Under the pieces are notes generated by a model. The model was given only the letters and a program-made list of their open reading frames with translations. It was not told the DNA's origin and ran no database searches. Positions 18,528 to 28,827 of a stretch of 64,000 nt of DNA are shown here, piece after piece. Source of the stretch: Pseudomonas phage pPa_SNUABM_DT01; the sequence record MW735835.1; one strand, 5' to 3'. A program made the position numbers and the translations under genes. The first letter of the stretch is position 1. Each line of letters begins with the position of its first letter.

Positions 18528-20093
18528 TTACGCGGCTTCGTTCATCTCGTCGATGTCGTTCCACTGCATCCCACCACCTTGGGAATTCGGACGACCACCC
18601 ACGATCTTGTAACTCAGATCCTCCTCGAGGTCAAAGTCGTACGGCAGACCATACATCGGGCTCTCATGGAACTTCATGACGAAGTACTTGTGAGCTTCCG
18701 GTGTCGGCTCTACCACACCCCGGTGCTTGCCCCAGAGGTATTCCAGGTACGCACCATCGTTGACCACTTGCTTGTTGACGTAGAACTCCCAGTCCACTTC
18801 GGTGTCAAGCTTCTTGCACCCTTGGTAGTAACCACCACCCGGCATATCACGAATGAACTTGGTGGGGTTCATCCGCTTCTCTTCCTTGGCTTGGGTCGAG
18901 AGCTGGTGGGCAGTGACTTGCAAGATCTTCTCAGCGGCCGTGTATTCACGGGTACGCTTGTACAGGTCTTGCAGGTCGTCGCCAGTGGCGCCTTGGATAC
19001 AGCCGTCTTTGCTGAACATTGCCAGGTAATCGACAAAGGACGCGCAGACTTCGTAACCCTTGGCCTTGTACTGCTCCAGGTGCTTGATGTACTTGGCATA
19101 GGTGAACGCCGAGCCCTTGATCCGGTGAATCTCGACGAACCATCCACGGGCCTGGAGTTTCTCCATGACGTACGCAGCTGCTTCGGCTGGGTCGATGCCC
19201 TTGACGGACACTGCATAGCCCAGCTCACGCTGCTTGAGGATGACGTAGATCTTCTGGATGATGACAGGAACATCGTCCTCGGTGCTGTACAGCATGCACA
19301 GGGGCTTCTTGGTCGTGTCGAACAAGAACGGATCGTTGAACAAGCAGGTCCCGATGAACAGGTCCAGCAAGGTACCCGACTTGTTGTTGTGCGGCAAGGC
19401 GTTGACCAAGCCGAACTCACCCCGACGTCCACCGGATTGGACGCCCATCATCCGGTTCAGTGCCTTGAACGGGAACTTGATGATACCTTCTGTACTCAAG
19501 GACTTGTTCATGTCCTCGAACGCAGCGGTCACCGAGCCAATGTCGTTGAAGTTCACCGAAGTGATGAAGGCCGGGTCTACCCGTTCTTCGGTCTCCATGT
19601 CCACCGAGAGTAGGTCCTGGGCGGTTTGCAGCACGAAGCTGTCCCAGTCTTCCACATCGGCTTCGTTGAAGTTCAGGGTGTACGACGCTTTCTTGATGAT
19701 CTCGTGGAGCTTTTCGCGGTTCTTGTACCGGCGCATCTCCCGAGCAATGTCGTTGATGTGTTTCCGAATCACCGATTCATCGGCATACTTCCGGATGGCC
19801 TTTTCAAAGGCCTTGTAGGTCACATCGTCGGTCTGCACGTTCATCCGTAGACGCTGTAGCAGCATTTCCGGTTCATATCTCTGTGAACCACCGCTATTTA
19901 GCATCTCCAGTACCGTGGAGCGCAGATTCGACAGGACGTTCCGTCCTTCTCCTAGGTCACCAATGTTCTCTGGGAGCTTGATTTCCGACAGCATCTCCCG
20001 AATCACCGATGCGTTGCTCGAGCTGAATCCTTCGATTTGGCTTTCGAGATACAACATGGTGATGGATTTGACTAGGAATAACTTGATGTCCAT
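18528..20093 (-). CDS. Hypothetical protein, 521 aa.
   Basis: Long ORF with a clean start; no motif I can assign confidently. Confidence 0.55.
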   Translation of the reverse strand: MDIKLFLVKSITMLYLESQIEGFSSSNASVIREMLSEIKLPENIGDLGEGRNVLSNLRSTVLEMLNSGGSQRYEPEMLLQRLRMNVQTDDVTYKAFEKAIRKYADESVIRKHINDIAREMRRYKNREKLHEIIKKASYTLNFNEADVEDWDSFVLQTAQDLLSVDMETEERVDPAFITSVNFNDIGSVTAAFEDMNKSLSTEGIIKFPFKALNRMMGVQSGGRRGEFGLVNALPHNNKSGTLLDLFIGTCLFNDPFLFDTTKKPLCMLYSTEDDVPVIIQKIYVILKQRELGYAVSVKGIDPAEAAAYVMEKLQARGWFVEIHRIKGSAFTYAKYIKHLEQYKAKGYEVCASFVDYLAMFSKDGCIQGATGDDLQDLYKRTREYTAAEKILQVTAHQLSTQAKEEKRMNPTKFIRDMPGGGYYQGCKKLDTEVDWEFYVNKQVVNDGAYLEYLWGKHRGVVEPTPEAHKYFVMKFHESPMYGLPYDFDLEEDLSYKIVGGRPNSQGGGMQWNDIDEMNEAA

Positions 20094-20134
20094 TCTGTAG
20101 TCCCAAAACTGCTCTTTGAGAGGATGAAATTCTG

Positions 20135-20677
20135 ATGAGCAATCTCAAACTGGTCATCATGCCCGCTTGGCTCGACCTCATTAAGAAGGAGCTGGGCATC
20201 ACGTCCGATGATCTTGCGAAGTGTGAAAAGCTTTCTGGCATAGTATCGCCCCGAGATCTTTTGATTTACAAGATGCTCAATTTCCGCAGCGATGAAGTCT
20301 TCCTTCAGCTGCTGGGCGATGCGGGTTTGGCCCGTGAATTGGGCTACGATTTCGACGCAGGCTTCCCGACGCCGACGCTCGAAGAGCGTGCGTTCTGCGC
20401 CAACATGGACATCGACACTCTTATCTATGGGGCAACTTCGCTTCGTGATAAGGGTCAGCCTCTGCTGGCGGACGTCTTCATGGCGGACACCGAAGTGCTG
20501 TGCATTCGCCTGGTCCCGCAGTCTCGCGCCAGCGACGAACTGAAGGAAACCAGCGCCGGCCTGCCCGAACGCATGTTCAAGGCCGTGTTCGAACGACTGG
20601 GTCTGGAAAGAGCGGTTCAGTTCCGCGCTTTCAAACAGTATGTAAAGGAAATTCCTTTTAACCCGGTATTCTATTGA
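20135..20677 (+). CDS. Hypothetical protein, 180 aa.
   Basis: GAGGATG RBS-start context. Confidence 0.5.
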   Translation: MSNLKLVIMPAWLDLIKKELGITSDDLAKCEKLSGIVSPRDLLIYKMLNFRSDEVFLQLLGDAGLARELGYDFDAGFPTPTLEERAFCANMDIDTLIYGATSLRDKGQPLLADVFMADTEVLCIRLVPQSRASDELKETSAGLPERMFKAVFERLGLERAVQFRAFKQYVKEIPFNPVFY

Positions 20678-20799
20678 GACCAGTGCGGTAAAAAACTGCA
20701 ATGGTATGCAAACATGCGGAAGTACTGAGGGACGGCAATGAGAACTCAGTATGTCCGCTGTAAATCGCTGCGCGCGCAGCAAACCTCCGGAGAAACATA

Positions 20800-23040
20800 A
20801 TGAGCGTAGTAGGTAAAAAGGCTCGTACGGCCCAGGAGACCCTGGCCGCACAAGCGGACGCGATTCAGCACCGTTACGGCCAAGGCGGTTTCACTGCCAA
20901 CGGCCACATCACCGCTTCCTTCGAAAGCCTGAGCGAACTGGACCACGAGAACCTGACCGGTTCCATGGAATCCGCCGTCAAGGGCCTGGAAGCGTCGATG
21001 GAATCCCTGGGTGGCTTCGGCGACCTGACCACCGCTCAGAAGGACGCCATGGCCGTTCTGGCAGTGGCCACCGGTGACCTGGTTGGTTACCACCGCCAGG
21101 CCCTGGGCCAGAGCGACACAGGAGCGCCGAAAGGTGCCGGTTCCGTCGTTTCCGTCGAGTCGCTGGGCGACTTCGACTTCATGGACAAAGCCGTTCCGTC
21201 GATGGAAGCCTTCGACAACAGCAACCTGACCGACTTCATCGGTCTGTCCATGGTCTACAACCAGAAAGTGGCCAAGCAGGGCGAGTTCGCTGAAGCGTTC
21301 TACCGCACTGTGATCCTGACCCCGGAACAAGGCGGCGCCGACGTAACCATCCGTTCGCACCTGGTTCTGAACCACTTCCTGCACAACACCCGTGGCGACC
21401 ACGCTGACTTCAAACAGCGCCGTCTGCTCGAAGCCGCGATCAACTACAAGATCCTGGCTGACCAGAGCACCACTCTGGTTCCGGAAGTGCACAGCGGCAA
21501 CGCCGATCTGTTCGTTCCCGAGTCCAAGGTCGAGCGTCGCAACGTCGAGCTGGGCAACCGCACCGTGACCACCGCTCCGCTGCTGCTCGGCAAGCGCGTG
21601 AACCTGGTGGGCCTGGCCCAGAACACCCTGGTCAAGATCGCCGGTCAGGCGAACCAGACCGATGCCCTGGACCGCGCCGTTGGCCTGAAGTCCCTGTACC
21701 TGCAACTGGGCGACGCTGACGTTCTGTCCTTCGACGTGGAAACCATGCCGCGCGCTGCCTTCATCAAAGGCAACCAAGGTCTGGCCCGCGAGCTGGAACT
21801 GAACTTCCGCACCTCCTCGCTCCAGCTGAACGCTCACAGCGTCAACTACAAGGGCGAAGCTCTGGTCGCTCCGGTTCTGAAGCAGATCGTCGACGGTGGC
21901 TACACCGTGACCCTGTCCATGACCGTTACCGGCCAGGTCGACACCGAGAAAGGCAACGCTTCCGTGAACGCTGCCCCGATCAACGTCGAGAAGGTCGTGA
22001 ACGCCGCTGGCGAAATCCTCTCCACCACCGCTGCCGGTGTGGGCAAGGACATCGCTGATGGTCTGGCCGAACTGGCCATCATCGGCTGGGAACCGAACGC
22101 TCGTCTGTCCAACGCCAACCGCCGTCTGCGCGGTCTGCAACTGAACAGCTCCGAGTACACCGAGCGCTACCCGGTAATGCTGGGCAGCCCGCTGTCGATC
22201 CCGAGCCCGCTGGCCGAAGCTCGTGGCATGGCTGACATCGACCTGCTGGTCACCGCAGCTCGTCTGCGTAACGACAACATGGCGATCACCACCCTGCTGC
22301 GCTTCACCGACGGCCTGAGCCGCTGGCGCTTCCTGACCGACGTGGTCAACAGCGACGACCTGCTGCCGGAAGTCGAAGGTATCGCACGCTTCCTGGTGAA
22401 GCCGTGGTACCGTGAGCGTGATCTGGACCTGCGTACCCTCGTGGTATCGCTGCGTTCCTACGAGCGCGTTCAGGACGTCCAGGCTGCCCTGGCCAACGTC
22501 CTGCGTAGCGACATCCAGGACGCCATCCTGGAATCGAACTACAAGACCGCTCTGGACGCCTACACCGGCTACACCGGCGAGAAAGTGAACGTGCTGATCG
22601 GTTCCGATCCGAAGACCGCCAGCTACATCCTCCAGACCGGCGACAGCCGCACCCTGGGCGATGACATCACCTTCGAGAAGGTGTCCTCGGTTGACCAGCG
22701 CATCCGCAAGCAGATCTTCTGGACCTTCAAGCGTCCGACCGAAGGTCTCGATCCGCTGAACTGCGGTACCCACTTCTGGATTCCGGAGCTGATCTCCCAC
22801 GTGAACGTATCGCGTGACGAGACCCAGATCCGCGAGGCCATGGTGCAGCCGCGTAACCGTCACGTGAACCACCTGCCGATCTTCGGCAAGATCAACGTGA
22901 TCGGCCTGGACGAAGTGCTGTCGGAGGGCTGGGCTATCCCTGTCGCCACATTTCCCGGAGACGCCGACGACACCACCGGTCAAGACCCCGTTGGCGGGGC
23001 TGGTACCGGAAGTGATACCGGCGCTGGCACTCAGCCCTAA
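20800..23040 (+). CDS. Putative major capsid protein of the phiKZ-like / jumbo type, 746 aa.
   Basis: Size (about 750 aa) matches jumbo-phage HK97-fold capsid proteins; balanced composition; monocistronic with a strong RBS and flanking terminators. Assignment is by size and context, not by a motif. Confidence 0.45.
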   Translation: MSVVGKKARTAQETLAAQADAIQHRYGQGGFTANGHITASFESLSELDHENLTGSMESAVKGLEASMESLGGFGDLTTAQKDAMAVLAVATGDLVGYHRQALGQSDTGAPKGAGSVVSVESLGDFDFMDKAVPSMEAFDNSNLTDFIGLSMVYNQKVAKQGEFAEAFYRTVILTPEQGGADVTIRSHLVLNHFLHNTRGDHADFKQRRLLEAAINYKILADQSTTLVPEVHSGNADLFVPESKVERRNVELGNRTVTTAPLLLGKRVNLVGLAQNTLVKIAGQANQTDALDRAVGLKSLYLQLGDADVLSFDVETMPRAAFIKGNQGLARELELNFRTSSLQLNAHSVNYKGEALVAPVLKQIVDGGYTVTLSMTVTGQVDTEKGNASVNAAPINVEKVVNAAGEILSTTAAGVGKDIADGLAELAIIGWEPNARLSNANRRLRGLQLNSSEYTERYPVMLGSPLSIPSPLAEARGMADIDLLVTAARLRNDNMAITTLLRFTDGLSRWRFLTDVVNSDDLLPEVEGIARFLVKPWYRERDLDLRTLVVSLRSYERVQDVQAALANVLRSDIQDAILESNYKTALDAYTGYTGEKVNVLIGSDPKTASYILQTGDSRTLGDDITFEKVSSVDQRIRKQIFWTFKRPTEGLDPLNCGTHFWIPELISHVNVSRDETQIREAMVQPRNRHVNHLPIFGKINVIGLDEVLSEGWAIPVATFPGDADDTTGQDPVGGAGTGSDTGAGTQP

Positions 23041-23069
23041 TCCGTAAGGATCGGGTTGATCCACGTCCA

Positions 23070-23101
23070 CATAGAGAGGAGCCTTCGGGCTCCTCTCTAT
23101 G
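23070..23101 (+). terminator. Hairpin CATAGAGAGGAGCC-ttcg-GGCTCCTCTCTATG followed by CTGCC (CATAGAG family).
   Basis: Inverted repeat directly after the capsid-like gene. Confidence 0.5.
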
Positions 23102-23236
23102 CTGCCTCTCTTTATTTTCCGTGTTGCCATTATAGTGCCATGTCTGCTCAACCAATTTAAAGCAATACATTATCTAACAGAGCAAACGTGTGGTAATAAA
23201 ATACACGTGTAATTTTTTAAAGAAGAGCCATCATCT

Positions 23237-24364
23237 ATGGACGAGTTCTCGCGTATCGACCAACGCCGTAATACCGCAAAACGCACAGACACCCAGTACC
23301 ATCAGTCCAAACCGGCTCTGCCGTTTCAGAACAGAAGCGCGAACCGGATGCGGGGCGCGAGTCGCACACACGAGAACGGCATCAAAGGTGCCCCGGTCGT
23401 CACCATCTCTTATTTCAACTACATGGACCGCGATCTTCTGGTTACCACGCGAGACGGTACCAGTGTCGTTGTCTCTCCCATCGGAGATTATTCGTCGGAC
23501 GAGTTCGTTGTCTGTGTCACGCATGCCATGAGCCGTGAGGCGATGGAGCGAGCACTGGACTTCCTGCGTAATCGGACGAGTACCGAAGATCGGGAAACCT
23601 ACTACTGGATCAGGGCGTACGAGAACGCGTTGTACAACAACACGCGTCAGTCGCTCAGTGCCAGTGTCGAGTACGTCATTTATCATCGCGACATCCAGGA
23701 CGCCGCAGGGCGTTGCTATATGCCGGATGTTGATTTGCTGGTGGAGTTTCTGGCAGATCACGGAGCCGTACATCCGTTTGACAAGGTCAAGCGTGATGAG
23801 GCCATGGTGCAGTCCATTGCGCCTGGGGTGGGTGAATCGACTTTCGTCTTTATGGTGAAGTTGGTTGACAACTCCCAGCACGTGCAGCGGGCAACGCGCT
23901 ACGTCAACCTGGGTGGCGACATCTTCATGCTCCCGATCGAACGGGATCTCAACTATCAGACGGGCGTCCATGTAGTCAGTCGTTCACCGATCCGTGATGG
24001 AGAAGTGGTGACAGACATCATCGCTCGAACGTATACTTTCGAGGAGGCAGATGAGAAGCTAGGCCTACGCCGGACCATTGAGGACGCCATCCAAGGCGGG
24101 CCGCTCAATGACATGGTGAAAGCTATCATCGAACGCGAGACGACCTTGAAGAAGGTTGAGGAAGTAAAACTCCGTGGGGAGCAGGTGGGCGATGACATTA
24201 CCCTCCAGCGCCTGCGGAACGAGGGAGCCCTGTCGCGAGCCCAGCAAGATAAAGAAGCCGCGATGCGGCGCAACTATGTCGAATGGGCCAAGACGGGTGT
24301 CGCTCTGCTAGGGGCGGCAATAACCATTTATGGGATATTGTCAAAGTTAAGATCCGACAAGTGA
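23237..24364 (+). CDS. Hypothetical protein, 375 aa, with a C-terminal transmembrane helix.
   Basis: Hydrophobic GVALLGAAITIYGIL near the C-terminus. Confidence 0.5.
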   Translation: MDEFSRIDQRRNTAKRTDTQYHQSKPALPFQNRSANRMRGASRTHENGIKGAPVVTISYFNYMDRDLLVTTRDGTSVVVSPIGDYSSDEFVVCVTHAMSREAMERALDFLRNRTSTEDRETYYWIRAYENALYNNTRQSLSASVEYVIYHRDIQDAAGRCYMPDVDLLVEFLADHGAVHPFDKVKRDEAMVQSIAPGVGESTFVFMVKLVDNSQHVQRATRYVNLGGDIFMLPIERDLNYQTGVHVVSRSPIRDGEVVTDIIARTYTFEEADEKLGLRRTIEDAIQGGPLNDMVKAIIERETTLKKVEEVKLRGEQVGDDITLQRLRNEGALSRAQQDKEAAMRRNYVEWAKTGVALLGAAITIYGILSKLRSDK

Positions 24365-24374
24365 AGGCGTTCCA

Positions 24375-26021
24375 ATGGACGACAAACTATTCGAATTCAG
24401 TCACCGTAAACGCGCACCGGTTTTTAACCAGGACGTGGTGAAAGGGATTGCCTGCAAGGATGTGCCGTCGGCGCGCAAGTATGTCGATAACATCATCCGT
24501 TGCGGGGAGTCGCAGTATCCCGATGAATTCGTCTTCATCAGAAGTGAGCGTTGCAATCCTCTCGAGGAGTACAACGTCATCACTCGAGCCAGGGCTGGTA
24601 ATAATCGGATCTACGACATCGCGCGAAGTGACGTCTACCTGGTGAAGTACCTCTTCTCCTACAAGGGGAAAGAGCTGGCACCGATGTACATGTACCTGCC
24701 ATTCGTCCGGCAGGCGGGCATGCTATACATTTCCGGTAAGCAGTTTGCCATTGCACCGGTGATGGGGGATATAGCATTCGAGATCGAGGAGAATAGCATC
24801 TTCATCCGCATTCCTCGAGCGCCCATCAGTTTCAACCGTGAAGCACACACGGTGGTGATTGACGGGATTCGGGTCAAGCCGTTCGTGGTCTACTCGTTGC
24901 TGCACAACAAGGGCGGCAAGAAATCACGCAACCGTTCCGACCTGATTCGATTGGGCCATGTACACAGTTCGCTGCCGCACTACCTGTTCTGTAAGCACGG
25001 AATGTACGGCGCGTTCGAGAAGTATTGCGGTACCCGCCCCATCGTGCTGAAAGAAGAAGACTACAGCGAAGAGCAGTACCCCAACGAACATTGGGTGAAG
25101 ATCTCCTCGCTGCGCAAAGCGCCTGACGGCATCAACCCCCGTCGGCAGTACGAGCACATCGCTACCAAGCTGATCATGCTCGTGGACCGCGGTGCGTGGA
25201 CGGACCTGACCAAGTCGTTCGCCACGGGCTTCTTCTACGTGATTGACCACTTCCCAGAATTCGTGACAGAACCAGCTGAGCTGGATGATACCTGGTGGTG
25301 GAAAGTCTGGATGGCCTTCATCCTCTGGGGTGAGGGTAACAACTATGGTCGACTCGTGGACGATGTCGAGACGCACTTGAACTCTCTGGACGGCTATGTC
25401 GACCAAGAGACTGTCAAGACGCTCGCTCAGGTGAACGTGCACTGTAAAGATCTGTACGATCTCATGGCTTACATCATGCGTGAGATGAACACGATGCTGG
25501 AAAACAACCGCGGCAAGGAAGCTTGCCTGTACAACAAGCGGTTGGAAGTGCTCCGGTATCTGTTGCGTAACATCAACAACAACATGTTCGAGTTCCTGTT
25601 CAAGATCACGGGCAACAGCAAGAAGGTCCTCCAACCGAAAGAGTACGAGGACATCCTGCGCAAGTATTTCAACCCTTGGCTGATTCATGGCATCAGCTCA
25701 GCAGCTGAGCATCCTGAAGTCTCCTCGGTATCCAACCCGAGCGACAACATGTTCTTCAAGGTCACCTCGGTGATCGTGCAGCAGACTGACACGCATGGTC
25801 GTGGTAAGTCGCAGGATGCCAAGCCGATCGGCCCCACCATGTACTTGGATTCCTCCTTCGCCGAAGTCACCGGCTTCGGGGTTCTGCCCAAGTCGATGCC
25901 GATTGGTAACAATCGGTTCAACCCTTGCGTCAAGCTTGATCCGGAAACCCGCACCACGGTAGCGAGCCCGGAGCACGAGCCTGTTCTCGGCGGTGTACAA
26001 CGCCTGATTCAACGCATTTAA
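24375..26021 (+). CDS. Hypothetical protein, 548 aa.
   Basis: Long ORF with GAAGG upstream. Confidence 0.5.
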   Translation: MDDKLFEFSHRKRAPVFNQDVVKGIACKDVPSARKYVDNIIRCGESQYPDEFVFIRSERCNPLEEYNVITRARAGNNRIYDIARSDVYLVKYLFSYKGKELAPMYMYLPFVRQAGMLYISGKQFAIAPVMGDIAFEIEENSIFIRIPRAPISFNREAHTVVIDGIRVKPFVVYSLLHNKGGKKSRNRSDLIRLGHVHSSLPHYLFCKHGMYGAFEKYCGTRPIVLKEEDYSEEQYPNEHWVKISSLRKAPDGINPRRQYEHIATKLIMLVDRGAWTDLTKSFATGFFYVIDHFPEFVTEPAELDDTWWWKVWMAFILWGEGNNYGRLVDDVETHLNSLDGYVDQETVKTLAQVNVHCKDLYDLMAYIMREMNTMLENNRGKEACLYNKRLEVLRYLLRNINNNMFEFLFKITGNSKKVLQPKEYEDILRKYFNPWLIHGISSAAEHPEVSSVSNPSDNMFFKVTSVIVQQTDTHGRGKSQDAKPIGPTMYLDSSFAEVTGFGVLPKSMPIGNNRFNPCVKLDPETRTTVASPEHEPVLGGVQRLIQRI

Positions 26022-26037
26022 TCCAGCTGGAGTCATC

Positions 26038-27963
26038 ATGAGCGATTTTGTCAACTACGTCTACGACCGCACCATCGATTACATCGAGAACCGTGCACCC
26101 GATAACCCGCTACGTGAAGAGTACGCTCGTTACATGAGCGCGCAGAACTACAACAACCGCGACATGCAAGACCTGGTGGACGTGGTAGCCACCATCGCGG
26201 ACAACGAAGTCCGTGGCGCTCGCAACGACCGCGAGGCCGAAGCCATCGTACGCGATATCGTCACCCTGGTGATCGATGCGCACGTGGGTCACTTCGGTAT
26301 CTCCGATCAGCGCATCGCCAATGCGGTAAGCGACGACGTCTACCAGGACATGCGTCGTGCCAATGCCAAGTGGGAAGAGATCATCGGTCGTCTGACTGGC
26401 CGTGGTCGTGGCATGGGCGGTAGCCGCAGCAGCTTCGGTGGTGGTCGCAGCAGCGGCGGCCGCAGTGTGTTCGAGACCGATCGTGGTTCCTTCGGTTCCG
26501 GCCGGGGTGGCAGCATCTTCGGTGATCGTGAGCAGCCGGATGAGCGTGCCAGCAACAGCGTCTTTGGCGGTGGCCGTAGCTCGCAGCGTCCGCAGCGCAG
26601 CAGCAGCCCGGTGTTCCAGAACGCTGAAGAGCGCGGTACCCAGCAGCGCAGCAGCTGGGCAGGTGGTGGTCGTCAGGAAGAACAACGCCAGGGGCAACGC
26701 CGCGAAGAACCGGCACCGGCTCAGAGCGCTCGCCAAGAAGAGCGTAAAGAAGACGGCCCGGACATGACCAAAGATCGTCCGTACGACGATTTCTGGATCA
26801 ACGGCGAGAATTGGCAGATCGCTCACCGCTCCAAGTTCGTCTGGACCTGGAGTCCGAAACAACAAACCCGCCGTGCCTACGATCCGGATAACGAAGTTCG
26901 TTTCCTGGTCAAGGGGAAAGACGGCCTTGTCCGCGAGGAGTTCATCGCAATGACCGACGATTTGGTCGAATCCGCTCACGAGATCCGTGAACAGCAGCGC
27001 CCCAACCGCACCCGCCACACCATCGACCGTGTCGACGGTGACGCCATGTTCGTCGGCAGCGATCCCGACGCCGTGGACCTGAACGCGCTGGGCGAAACCC
27101 TGAAGCTGGCCCGCAAGGAATTCCTGGCCGAGCTGGAAGTCAGCAACCCGACCATCATTGGTCAGGGCACCTCCGTGAGCAACCTGGAAGAAGCCATCGT
27201 TCGTGTGGCCGGTGAAGCCCACCGTTCCGACACCGACGTTACTTCGGTGAACACCATCCAGGGCATCATGCTCCCGGCTGACCAAGTCACCATGGAAGCG
27301 CTGGATTCCATCAAGTCCATCGGGCAATCCGACGGCGATCTGCTGATCCTCCAGAAGCGCCTGAAGTCGCTGCGCGGCACCATGGCGGAAAACGTGCTGA
27401 CCTACCTGGACAAGCACTTCACCGGTGAAGTCAACGCGGCTCTGCGCGATCAGTTCGGCATGCCGAAGCTGAACATCGACAGCTTCATCGACGACTTCGA
27501 AGATCTGCTCAACTGCAAGGCGTTCCAGAAGCACGGCACCGCCTACTCCAGCCAGTTCCTCAGCCGTACCCGGGTTCTCCTGGCGTCGCTGCACTACATG
27601 ACCGAGGCCGACCAACGTGCCGAGTTCCTGGACTGTGCCGACATGCTGCCGGCAGGCGAGAACGACCCGGAGGTCTTCACCGAGTTCCGCAAGAACGTGG
27701 TGGTGATCTTCAAACCGCTGGCGATGGTACACATCAAGCTGGACAGCGACCAACTCGGCTTCGTCAACGACGAGGTTCGTGTGCCGCAGCGTAGCGGCAA
27801 GGGCGCAGATCCGGCCATGGCCGAAGCTCTGAACGTGCTGTACACCATCGGTCGTAAGACCAGTGGCGCTGGTCATGTCTACCTGGTATCCGCTGACAAC
27901 ATCTGCTTCGAGCTGGTGCCGATCAGTGGTGCACGTGACATCATCGGCATCCGTACTGCCTAA
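26038..27963 (+). CDS. Hypothetical protein, 641 aa, with an internal RGG / Gly-Ser-Arg low-complexity segment.
   Basis: GRGRGMGGSRSSFGGGRSSGGRS...GGGRSSQRPQRSS between two ordered regions. Confidence 0.55.
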   Translation: MSDFVNYVYDRTIDYIENRAPDNPLREEYARYMSAQNYNNRDMQDLVDVVATIADNEVRGARNDREAEAIVRDIVTLVIDAHVGHFGISDQRIANAVSDDVYQDMRRANAKWEEIIGRLTGRGRGMGGSRSSFGGGRSSGGRSVFETDRGSFGSGRGGSIFGDREQPDERASNSVFGGGRSSQRPQRSSSPVFQNAEERGTQQRSSWAGGGRQEEQRQGQRREEPAPAQSARQEERKEDGPDMTKDRPYDDFWINGENWQIAHRSKFVWTWSPKQQTRRAYDPDNEVRFLVKGKDGLVREEFIAMTDDLVESAHEIREQQRPNRTRHTIDRVDGDAMFVGSDPDAVDLNALGETLKLARKEFLAELEVSNPTIIGQGTSVSNLEEAIVRVAGEAHRSDTDVTSVNTIQGIMLPADQVTMEALDSIKSIGQSDGDLLILQKRLKSLRGTMAENVLTYLDKHFTGEVNAALRDQFGMPKLNIDSFIDDFEDLLNCKAFQKHGTAYSSQFLSRTRVLLASLHYMTEADQRAEFLDCADMLPAGENDPEVFTEFRKNVVVIFKPLAMVHIKLDSDQLGFVNDEVRVPQRSGKGADPAMAEALNVLYTIGRKTSGAGHVYLVSADNICFELVPISGARDIIGIRTA

Positions 27964-27984
27964 TAGGCACTGACGGGTAATAGG

Positions 27985-28004
27985 TGGGGGCCTTCGGGCC
28001 CCCA
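27985..28004 (+). terminator. Hairpin TGGGGGCC-ttcg-GGCCCCCA followed by TTTATTATG.
   Basis: GC stem with a TTCG tetraloop after the stop codon. Confidence 0.45.
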
Positions 28005-28057
28005 TTTATTATGACACAGTTCCTTTTTCTTTTTTCTCCCTTTAGGCAGAACCGGTT

Positions 28058-28768
28058 ATGAACAAAGCAATGATGAAGCAATACCTCGGCGTAGTCGAAA
28101 TGACCACGTCGCTGGAATCACTCGAGGGCGTGACCCAAGAAGAGCGTGAATATGAAATCTACGGTCGGGTGGATGATCTGGCTGCCATGAAAGCGGCTGC
28201 CAGTCGTTCTGAGTACCAGGAACAGTGGGGCCTGCCCTGCAATGCTGGTGCCGATGCGGGCGTCTTTGGTAACATCCGCGTGCGCATGACCCGCGAGGGT
28301 GATGACGGCGAACCGAAGTACACCCAGACCATCAAGGTCAAGAAAGATACCGGTAACGATGAGAACGAGATGGACATCTCTGCCGGTACCTTCGAGATCT
28401 TCTCCCGACTGGTGCCGACTGGTCTGCTGAAGACCCGTTACTTCTTCCCGCTGGAAGGTACTGACTACGAACTGGAAGTGGACGTGTTCCATTCCCCGGA
28501 CGGTAAGCAGTGCCCGGTGGTCAAGATCGACCTGGAAGTGCCGGAAGGCGCCACCGTGGATCAGATCAAGATCCCGTTCAAGTTGGAAGACGTACGTGTC
28601 ATCAAGCCTGGCAAGAAATCGCCTGAAGATGCCGACTTCGCCCGTAACCTGTTCGCGAACCACTACGAGTTCAAGAACCCTCTGCATATCAAGGCCGCTC
28701 CTGAGCAGCCTGAAGAGCCCGTAGAGAGCGGCGAAGGCGAAACCCAGGGCGACGCCCAGCCTGCGTAA
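28058..28768 (+). CDS. Hypothetical acidic protein, 236 aa.
   Basis: ORF followed by a hairpin. Confidence 0.5.
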   Translation: MNKAMMKQYLGVVEMTTSLESLEGVTQEEREYEIYGRVDDLAAMKAAASRSEYQEQWGLPCNAGADAGVFGNIRVRMTREGDDGEPKYTQTIKVKKDTGNDENEMDISAGTFEIFSRLVPTGLLKTRYFFPLEGTDYELEVDVFHSPDGKQCPVVKIDLEVPEGATVDQIKIPFKLEDVRVIKPGKKSPEDADFARNLFANHYEFKNPLHIKAAPEQPEEPVESGEGETQGDAQPA

Positions 28769-28780
28769 GAACATGCGTCA

Positions 28781-28822
28781 TAGAGCCACTCCAGTCCCCT
28801 TACGGAGGCTGGAGTGGCTCTT
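28781..28822. terminator. Hairpin TAGAGCCACTCCAG..CTGGAGTGGCTCTTATG (CATAGAG-family variant).
   Basis: Inverted repeat between convergent genes. Confidence 0.45.
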
Positions 28823-28827
28823 ATGCA

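Noticed and set aside
18528-20093. Considered calling the 521-aa protein a helicase / terminase-type ATPase because of ..NNKSGTLLDLF...
   Set aside because: No convincing Walker A (GxxxxGK[ST]) or Walker B motif on inspection; left as hypothetical.
23185-23210. Two ACGTGT / CACGTG-like half-palindromes (AACGTGTGG .. ACACGTGT) 17 nt apart, upstream of the gene at 23237.
   Set aside because: Could be an operator, but only two short copies; with no other instances seen, it is indistinguishable from chance.
24375-26021. Considered an RNA-polymerase beta / beta-prime fragment (common in phiKZ-like phages) for the 548-aa protein.
   Set aside because: Could not find the NADFDGD or other invariant RNAP motifs by eye; left as hypothetical.
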